Below are positions 38,697 to 47,800 of a DNA stretch of 64,000 bases, in pieces. Position 1 is the first letter of the stretch. Every line of letters starts with the position of its first letter. Origin of the DNA: Candidatus Omnitrophota bacterium (GTDB taxonomy: Bacteria > Omnitrophota > Gorgyraeia > Zapsychrales > Zapsychraceae). The notes below the pieces were generated by a model, which was not told the origin of the DNA, made no database searches, and worked only from the letters and a program-made list of their open reading frames with translations. The stretch covers positions 471,090 through 535,089 of the forward strand of contig JBFWOS010000001.1 in the NCBI GenBank assembly GCA_050250375.1, read 5' to 3'. The translations under genes were made by a program, and so were the position numbers.

Positions 38697-40478
38697 TTAT
38701 TCCCACTCGATTGTAGCCGGAGGTTTAGAACTGATATCGAAAACCACCCTATTAACTCCGGGAACTTCGTTGATGACACGGTTAGAAATCCTGCCTAACA
38801 CTTCATATGGTATTTGAGCCCAATCGGCAGTCATTCCGTCAGTACTGGTCACACATCTCAAGGCAATAACATTTTCATACGTTCGTTTGTCTCCCATGAC
38901 GCCGACCGTATTTATCGGAAGCAGCACCCCGAAAGCTTGCCATATTTCATTGTATAATCCGGCCTTTTTAATTTCATCCACGATGCGTTCATCCGCCTCT
39001 CGTAAAATTTCCAAGCGTTCTTTGGTAATTTCCCCTAAAATACGGATGGCCAATCCCGGTCCGGGGAAAGGCTGACGTTTAAGGATAGAATCCGGAAGGC
39101 CCAAGTGCTTTCCGATCTCTCTGACTTCATCCTTAAACAACTCCCTAAACGGCTCAATCAATTCCAATTTCATATTTTTAGGGAGTCCACCGACATTATG
39201 ATGGCTCTTAATGACTGATGACGGCCCTCCGGTGGGAGAAACCGATTCTATAACGTCCGGATAAAGTGTTCCCTGAGCCAAAAATGCAATATTCTTTACT
39301 CTTTTTGATTTATCCATGAATACCTGCACAAACTCATCCCCAATAATCTTTCGTTTTTCTTCCGGATCAACGATGCCTTTTAAGCGGTCTAAAAACCGAT
39401 TCTCGGCTGAAGCAACCGTTAAATTTATTTTAAAATTTCCTTTGAAATTACGCTCAACTTTAGCGACTTCATTCTTTCTTAAAAGACCGTTATCGACAAA
39501 AATACAATGGAGTTTCCCCCCTACGGCCTTATGGATCAACATGGCGGCAACGGAAGAATCCACCCCTCCGCTCAACCCCAGAACAACTTTCTTACTGCCG
39601 ACTTTTTCTTTTATCTGCTTTATTGTGCTGTTAATGAATTTATCCATTGTCCAACGAGGTAAACACCCGCAAATTTGAAACACAAAATTTAACAATAGCT
39701 GGGTTCCGCGTTGAGTGTGGACAACTTCCGGGTGAAATTGAACAGCGTAAATCTTCTTTGCCCGGTTGGCCGTCGCAGCAATAGAGGCGTTTAATGTGTG
39801 CGCTATTTTAACAAATCCGGCAGGGAGTTTCTTTATTTCGTCGCTGTGGCTCATCCAGCAAGTAAGGTTGGACGGCAAGTTGGCAAACAAATCTTTATTA
39901 TTATCCACAAATAATTCGGCCCGCCCGAACTCTCTCTCCTGACTTGGCTTAACACTACCCCCAAAATGATGGACAATGGCCTGCATGCCGTAACAGATAC
40001 CAAAGATAGGGAGCCCCAACTTAAAAACTTCTTCTTTCGGCATCGGGGCATTTTGGTCATATACACTCAACGGCCCACCTGATAAGATAAGCCCCTTTGG
40101 TTTCAAAGCCTGGATCTCTTCAACCGAAATATTATAGGGAACAATTTTGCTGAAAACCTTGTTTTCTCTGATACGCCTGGCGATCAGCTGAGTATATTGT
40201 GACCCAAAATCAAGAATTAATATAACATCCTTGCTTTTGATTTTGCTGACTTTAATTGATGCTGCGATTCTGCTTCTTACCTTTTTAAGCTTAGGAACAC
40301 GTCCCATTCTTTTCTTGGATTTGTGTGTTAACCGCGTCTGTAAACTCAATTTTCTTTTTGGGATTTTTTTAGTTACTGGCTTCACTTTAGATTTCTTAAC
40401 TTTCTTTTGTTTGGAGGCTATGGCTGAGTTATTTCCTGAATCTTCCGGGCTTTTAATAGTTTTTGTTCTAGGCGCCAT
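38697..40478 (-). CDS. guaA: GMP synthase (glutamine-hydrolysing) with approx 85-aa Lys-rich N-terminal extension in the annotated ORF
   Basis: GATase [21 protein letters not shown]... with the catalytic ICYGMQ. ATP-PPase SGGVDSSV. C-terminal ...PPATIEWE. The extension ([19 protein letters not shown]...) precedes the conserved start. It may be real or an artifact of an upstream in-frame start. Confidence 0.85.
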   Translation of the reverse strand: MAPRTKTIKSPEDSGNNSAIASKQKKVKKSKVKPVTKKIPKRKLSLQTRLTHKSKKRMGRVPKLKKVRSRIAASIKVSKIKSKDVILILDFGSQYTQLIARRIRENKVFSKIVPYNISVEEIQALKPKGLILSGGPLSVYDQNAPMPKEEVFKLGLPIFGICYGMQAIVHHFGGSVKPSQEREFGRAELFVDNNKDLFANLPSNLTCWMSHSDEIKKLPAGFVKIAHTLNASIAATANRAKKIYAVQFHPEVVHTQRGTQLLLNFVFQICGCLPRWTMDKFINSTIKQIKEKVGSKKVVLGLSGGVDSSVAAMLIHKAVGGKLHCIFVDNGLLRKNEVAKVERNFKGNFKINLTVASAENRFLDRLKGIVDPEEKRKIIGDEFVQVFMDKSKRVKNIAFLAQGTLYPDVIESVSPTGGPSSVIKSHHNVGGLPKNMKLELIEPFRELFKDEVREIGKHLGLPDSILKRQPFPGPGLAIRILGEITKERLEILREADERIVDEIKKAGLYNEIWQAFGVLLPINTVGVMGDKRTYENVIALRCVTSTDGMTADWAQIPYEVLGRISNRVINEVPGVNRVVFDISSKPPATIEWE

Positions 40479-40517
40479 TATGTACCTTAAAATAGATCAT
40501 GTTTACGGTTGTTTAAT

Positions 40518-41678
40518 TTATTTTCCCATCCCAACTCTTTGTCCGACTTGAAAAACCTTACCTTCCGTTTGTATAGAAGGCGCGATAATCATCTCAACAT
40601 CGTGCATTTCTTTTATGTTGCTTGCCCCTAATGAACCCATGGAGGTTTGTAATGCCCCCACCAAATTTTGTGATCCGTCATCGACTTTAGCCGGTCCGAA
40701 AAGAACCTCTTGTAATGAACCTGTTGTACCTACCCGAATGCGTGTTCCTCTTGGAAGATTTGCATGTGATGTGGCCATTCCCCAATGGTATCCCTGCCCG
40801 GGAGCTTCATTGGTTTTGGCAAAAGCTGAACCAACCATACAGGCGTCCGCACCGGCAGCAAAGGCTTTGCATATTTCGCCCCCAATCCTCATCCCGCCGT
40901 CCGTGATTATGGATACATATCTTCCCGTTTTCTTATAATAATGATCTCTTGCAGCGGAACAATCAACGGTGGATGTTATTTGTGGTACACCTATACCAAG
41001 CACACCTCGAGTTGTACAGGCTGCCCCCGGACCGATTCCCACCAGAAGACCAGAAACACCGATCTCTATTAGCTCTGAGGCCATTTCATAAGTCACACAA
41101 TTTCCCAAAACGATAGGCATTTTAGCTTCTCGAATTAATTTCTCTAAATCAACGATCTTGTATTCCGTGGCAATATGCTTAACAGTAGCGACCGTCGATT
41201 GAATGACAAATATGTCACACCCTGCATCTTCCGCGATTTGACCAAACTTTTTGGAATTTTGTGGGATACAACTTACAACGGCAGGTACTTTCTTCGATTT
41301 TATTTCTAAGATTCTTTTCGCAATTAAATCTTCTTTAACTGGCTGCAAATAAACAGATTGAACAAGCTTTGTGGCTTCCTCGGGTGATGCATTCGCAATC
41401 TGACCCAAAACTTCAGCCGGATTTTCATACCGGGTTTGAATACCATCAAGATTCAATACAGCAATTCCACCCAACTTTCCCATTTTAACAGCAAAATTAA
41501 CATCAACAACACCATCCATCGCCGCCGCTAGTATTGGTACTTTGAACTTTTTTCCACCAATGGACCAGCTCGTATCTACTTCGTTTGGATTAACCGTTAA
41601 CATGCCAGGAACAAGGGCAACTTCATCAAAGCCATAACAACGTCTGGCACGTCTTCCTATACCAATCCATTCGGCCAT
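40518..41678 (-). CDS. IMP dehydrogenase-family protein lacking CBS subdomain (GuaB3-like)
   Basis: 386 aa. MAEWIGIGRRARRCYGFDEVALVPGM..., VPILAAAMDGV, and an IMPDH TIM-barrel without the CBS pair. It resembles the short mycobacterial GuaB3-type paralogs. Confidence 0.65.
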   Translation of the reverse strand: MAEWIGIGRRARRCYGFDEVALVPGMLTVNPNEVDTSWSIGGKKFKVPILAAAMDGVVDVNFAVKMGKLGGIAVLNLDGIQTRYENPAEVLGQIANASPEEATKLVQSVYLQPVKEDLIAKRILEIKSKKVPAVVSCIPQNSKKFGQIAEDAGCDIFVIQSTVATVKHIATEYKIVDLEKLIREAKMPIVLGNCVTYEMASELIEIGVSGLLVGIGPGAACTTRGVLGIGVPQITSTVDCSAARDHYYKKTGRYVSIITDGGMRIGGEICKAFAAGADACMVGSAFAKTNEAPGQGYHWGMATSHANLPRGTRIRVGTTGSLQEVLFGPAKVDDGSQNLVGALQTSMGSLGASNIKEMHDVEMIIAPSIQTEGKVFQVGQRVGMGK

Positions 41679-41854
41679 GTCTTTCCTTTCTTAGATCCAA
41701 TGAGTTGTAAATTATTATTTCTGAAATGTTTAGAGTTGAATATCAACAATGCACCTAACATTAAACTAAGCTGGAGTGTGATTAAAGTAATAATATAGTC
41801 ATTTTGGCTGGAATTGTCAAGAACGAAAAATCGAAAAGATTAATTGTCAACTGA

Positions 41855-41894
41855 ATAGATCAGCTTAGTTCACAATCGAACTAAGCTGATCTAT
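41855..41894. repeat. Perfect 17-bp inverted repeat (ATAGATCAGCTTAGTTC-acaatc-GAACTAAGCTGATCTAT) spanning the stop codon of the giant gene
   Basis: Read directly from the sequence. The giant ORF's TAA stop (41865..41867) lies inside the left arm. A partial copy (AACTAAGCTGGAG) occurs at about 41763. Confidence 0.8.
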
Positions 41895-44800
41895 TTCTCG
41901 TTTTGCTTTCCTATCTCTTGGATTTAGGGAATCGTAACTGATGGTGTTTGATTCATCTTCAGTCGTGTCTGAAAACCCTAACAACAAAGGCAAGCTGTTA
42001 ATCGGGGTTACATTTATTATAACCGGAATTAATCCGTTAATATTTATTGTATTAATCGAACCATTAAATTTTGGAAAAATAAGCGATCCATCCCCTTTTC
42101 TTTCAATCTCAAACAAATTTGGGTCAAGATCAATACCCCCAAGTTCTTTTTTATTCGCTGTCATGGCGGCATCACTCACACCGATGGCTTCTCGATTAAC
42201 ATTTGCTATCGCAGGATAATTGATTCCGGACGGATCGGCTTGATAAGTCAGCGCCACTAACGCCCCGCTTAACTGGTCATCCGGATAAATGTTCCAAAGT
42301 CCTAACAACTTTCCGGCCGCAAGTATTACGTAAGCCCGATCCCTCCCGGCGACTGTCTCCAACGCGCCAAAGGATAGACCGCTTTCAAGGTTTATCTTCC
42401 GTTCTTTAAGCAGAGATTCCCGTAATGCTCTGATGCCTTCCGTAAACTCAGCGCGATGGGCAAGAACATATTCTTTATTTAAACTCAATAGGATTACTTC
42501 TTCCTTCTCCCACTGAAATGACTCACCTTCACCGGGATTTGCTATTGCATCTTCGAGCAACATAACAAAATCCTCGGATAACATGGATTGATCTTGCTTC
42601 ACAGCTTGGTCGTAATCTATCGTTTGAATTACAACATTCCGTTCTGCTGCGGCTCTTTTAATCATTGCAATTGGTCTTCGCAAATTGGGCATTACTTTTT
42701 CTTTTGTGTAAAAATCAATAACTCTGGGATTCTTATATAAATCAGCAGATAAATAAGCTTGCGCAAGTTTTCTTTCATCTAATGTGACAAAAGATAATCC
42801 TTTATCCAAAAACTGTTCTAAGAATAAATAATTTCCTGGCCAAGCGGTATTCATCCCCACTTGAGAATCTATTTCAATGCCCACTCTAGTAATAACATCT
42901 AACGCTTTTTCTATTGTTTCTGGAACTTTTACACTGTTCAGTTGAATTGCGATATTGTACCCATCGTTCATTAATTCCGAAACTACTTCCATTTCCAATT
43001 GAAACAATTGTTTCCACTTTGCATCATTGACCAAAGCATCTAGGCCGGAATACCCTAAAGCAGGGTTAACTTCTTCCGACAAAAAGGCTTCATGGTTGTC
43101 TAAAGCATCTAGATCGTCCGATTGAAGATCAAAAGTTTCATAAACCAGCCTGGATTGCCGGTCCTTTATCTCAGTTAATATTTTCTCCTTTAATAACTTT
43201 TTGAGTGTTTCTTTTCTCGCTTGAGAATTCTCGCCTACAAAATAACTTAACGGATGAACGCCCTGTTCTTTATGAAAATTGGACGAACTGAAGCGCTGGT
43301 TAAAATTGACAGAAATTGTATCCACACTTTCTTCCATAACTTCAATTTCACTGGCAAGATCTACGACATTAACTCTAACATCCTGGCGGTCTCGGAAAAT
43401 TATCCCGCTGTTAAAATCAATGGTTAATAAGTCACCATCTTTTTTTCTACGCTCCATTCTTTTCGTCACCTCAACTTGCGTTCGAATGACGGGCACCCCT
43501 AATTGTTCAATGGCCGCGATATATTTCTCCTGACCATGAAAATGCTCGACCGCCCCATAAATAACTGCTCCTAACCGGCTAAGTTTTTCACGCACACCTT
43601 CATCGGCCACTTGATAATTTACGACCACTTTACCATCAACTACGTGAGATGATTCTTTTAATTCAAATTTTAATTCACCGGTTAACACAACAAAATCCCC
43701 GATATAACTTTTCCCTAATTCGGTCACACCGTTCACCATGTAAACAGGCCGGGTCGCTGCACCTTTTGACACTGTTGATGAAAATTGTTCACCTATGGCA
43801 AAATTTACAGCCCCTTCCTCTAATTCAACCGGGCTGTCCACGACTCCATGTTTTAATGTAGCACTTGCGGATCGTATAATTGACGCCAAAGTCCCCAAAT
43901 AATCTGTCCCGGCGTACCCTCCCGTCTGACCTAACATTATAAGGATTGTTTCCGCCGCTTCCGGATTGATATTAACCAAATTGACTAACGCCTGCCCGCA
44001 GAGCCCGCATTTCGCTTCCGCTTCTTTAGCGATGTTGGCCACATGTCGAATTGACTCGATAACAAATGGATGCGCTTCACTGAATAAGTAACGCATCGCC
44101 GGATTATCACGGTCAGCTCCCAAGGTCAACTGGGTCAAATCATTCGTCCCGAAAGAGAGAAAACTCTTTCGATAAATTGTTTTGCCAAATTCCCGAACAA
44201 ACCAATCCTTTTGGTTCTGTTCATGGTCTTTTAGTACCTGGATAAACTCATCGGCCTGAATGACGTTACTGGGTAATTCCGTCATTTGCCCGACCTCACG
44301 CAAATTAACAACACGTCCCAACTGTTTGCTCATATTACGTTCTTCTTCATCCAGAATATTCATCAATTGGTCCAACTCTCCCGGAGTAGAAACAAACGGA
44401 AAGAAAAACCCTATATTGTTATACCCACGGACAACCTGCCTGAGAATCATCCTGATTTCTTCGCGTAAAATTATTTCATTCTCCGGCTGAAGCAGCCAGC
44501 GAGCTCCGCGTTCACCAATCATAGTGGAGACTTCCGGGACCGGGTCGAAAATTATAGACCCGATCAATTCTCGTGCTTCGTTCTTCTTGAAATCTATACT
44601 CCGATACAAGACAGTATTGTCATCAACATTATTGGCTGCCGCCATGCTGGCAATTGCACCCCCATGAACCGCTTCAAAAAATTCATTATATGATAAATAC
44701 CCCAACATTTGTTTCGTTGCCGCTTCAATCTCGCCGGAATGCTCACGAATTAGTTCGACATCTTTCTGTTCATATTCCCCCAAGCTCTCGAGAAATGCTC

Positions 44801-47800
44801 GTGCATTGGTGTCTTCAAACTCTTTAATTTTTAATTCGGATTCATCAAAAAGAACTTCTACCCCCGAATCCCTTAATTTTGAACGTGAAGTAAGGTGTGC
44901 CCTGAATTTTTCCAAAGCCGCCCTCTCTGCGTCACTTAACCCTTTATTATACCGTCGTGCCGGAGGATTATCTTTCTTCGTTCTAAGGTAATGGTAAACG
45001 AGAAGATTGTCATACGCCCGCCCGAAACGCGGGTTAATATTTTCCTCTGCGTAGGCAAATTCTCCCCGCATCAAAGCGACACCTGAAAAACCTTTATATT
45101 GGGAAATCTTGGACATGGCCAACATAGGGTGCGGCATTCCCATAATATATCCGATCCGAGTATAAATCTCAGGGAGCCTGTCCAGATTGATTTCAATATC
45201 ACGTTTGCTGATGGGCAATTCACCAGCATAAACCATACCAAAACCTGTCTTTTCATTGGCGTTGGCATCTACTGTAACGACATTACCGGTCGTGTTAATG
45301 TAATTGATAATCTTTGTCGCTTCTTCAACTCCAACTTCAGACTCAAGTTTATTGACCCAGGTTTGGATACCGACGACGGTCGCAATTCCAAGCTCCCTGG
45401 ACATGACTGCGGCGTGTGACGTGGCTCCGCCCACATCGGCAATAACTCCCATGACATTCTTGGTTTGCAACACTGCGTTATAATCCGGCGTTGTTTCCCT
45501 GGTCCGGATAATAATCTTTTCACCACTTAACGCCAAAGCTTTAATTTCTTCAAATTGAGAGGGCAAACTTTTATCTTCAGTGATCCTGTATATTATTCCT
45601 GAAAAACTGTTTCTTGTCGCTATCCCCTGGGCAACCAGCTGACCTAAAATCAAACCGGTCTCTTTGCCACTATCGTCCAATACCGGATCCTTCTTTTTCT
45701 GAATTGATTCAAGATCTTTTTCTTTAACATAGGTATAACTGATTTTAATTCTATTTGCTTCTTTCACATCACCATGCACATTCGACGGCCTGCGCTGTAC
45801 AGTTACCGCTGTATTGTCTCGGCCAAAATTTCGCCCGATCGCACCTTCCATGTCGACCAAATGCCCATAACCTTCTGCCTTTTTCATAAATTCTTTTGCA
45901 ATGGCGATTACCTGACTCTCCGTCACGGAAAATGAATTTCTCTTTTCTTCGGAAACGTCCGTAAACATCGTCTTAATTTCTCTATCTTTGAGTCTTGCTT
46001 TCAAAAGATGTATTAACAACTTAACTTCTTCTTGGCTATACGTGAATGACTCCAAATCTTCTTTACTTATTTCATTAATTGTACTATCAACAGTCAACTT
46101 CACTAACCGTTGAAGAACATTGTAAATCTGATCGTTCTCCACGCCATTTTTAACGCCAACTAATGGGCCGGAAACATTTCCTGTTTCTAGTAAGATTAAA
46201 TATCTTTCGAAAGACTCATCGGAAAGCCCAAGGCGTTCGTAAACCGGAAACGTGTATACAGCCTGCACCGTTTTTGTCCCAAGCTGTCTGTTTAATATGT
46301 TGACATGTTGCCCGGTCTCATCCTCGAAAATATGAACCAGGAAAGAATCAGGAGTCGTTACCCCCTGGACGATAGATTCTCCGATTCCATAATTCGTTGT
46401 AATTGTAGCCACCCGCCCTCTGTTTGAATATTGCTCTTTCGGTATACCCTGAAACCCAAGAGCAGTCCACTCACTGGCAATATCATGCCCCATAATGACA
46501 AAAGAACTATCAACCCCGGCCATAGGCATAACAGTCACACCCATGGCAATGTTTTCAACATCAAGATAAAACTTCCGATTCTTACTCACTATTCCTGCCT
46601 CATGAGAAAAACCATTTCTTAGTAATGCATCGCGCAATTTGACGGACGTAACGATATTAAAATTGTGGTCTCGCAGCGCCTCTCCCACCAATAAATCTAC
46701 GGCATTGGAACTCTGATTCAATTTTTCAATAATTTCTGCCGCCCGTTCTTTTTCAGTAAGGATTTCATCAAAAGACACGATAACCATCAATGTATCTCTG
46801 TATTTCAGTACTTGTTCCGTATACAAAGATGAAATATCATCCCTCCAGCGTCTAACCGTAGCCTCTTCTCCCCCCTCTCCTAAATAACTGTCATGCTGTC
46901 CGGCATTGGACCCAACATTTACATTGGTCAGTACTTTAAACGCATACGCGTTATCTTCTGCTTTTCCTGAACTCCGGATGGCAACTAATTCTTGGCTCGT
47001 AAGATTAACTAACTCTGTATAAGCCTCACGCAGATCTTTTTGAATGTCCTCGGGAATATCATAACTCACAACTAACTTACGAATCTGCTCTTCTGCCTGC
47101 ACGCGCCCAAAATCATCGGCAACATCTAAATTATCAAGGATAGCATCAATTTGCGGCAAAAGATCCGGATGGAATTTCATAAATTTTGTTGATGCCGTGG
47201 TCGTTCCACCGAAACTGCGCAAATTGTTGTTCGGATCATCCGACCAATAAACACCTTGCTGGTATGTCTTCCCACCGACTAGTTCTTTTCCTCTGACTTC
47301 ATCAAGAATGGAAGATTCGTAATCCCACACTACGTTTTTCTGGAGAAGGTCTTGATAATACCGGTCAAGAAAACGCCCAACCGCTTGTTTAATTACCTCA
47401 TCTAACCGATTATCAACTAGTTCTTTTTCAATTTTCTCGGCTTTCGTTTCTCCCGTCTCAACCGCCAAATCATAATTTTGTGGCTGACCGTCATAAACAT
47501 CACTGGCCATCATGTAAGCCACAAATTCTCGAAGCAATAAATAATCCAGCATTTGTTCATCACCGGATACTTTTAAATCCTGAATTAATCCCGCTCCGAT
47601 ATAAATGGTTTTATTACTCAAACCAACATGGGCCACTTGATATTGATCAGATTTTCGCATGACCAAAGCAGGTGAGCCATTTTTCAAATCCTCAACCGCA
47701 ACAATCTGTATCCCTTCAAGTAAACTTCCCAAACGAGTTATATCAACCCCATTATTCGCTAATACAACTTTTACCCTAGAATCATTCAATATGGCTCTGA

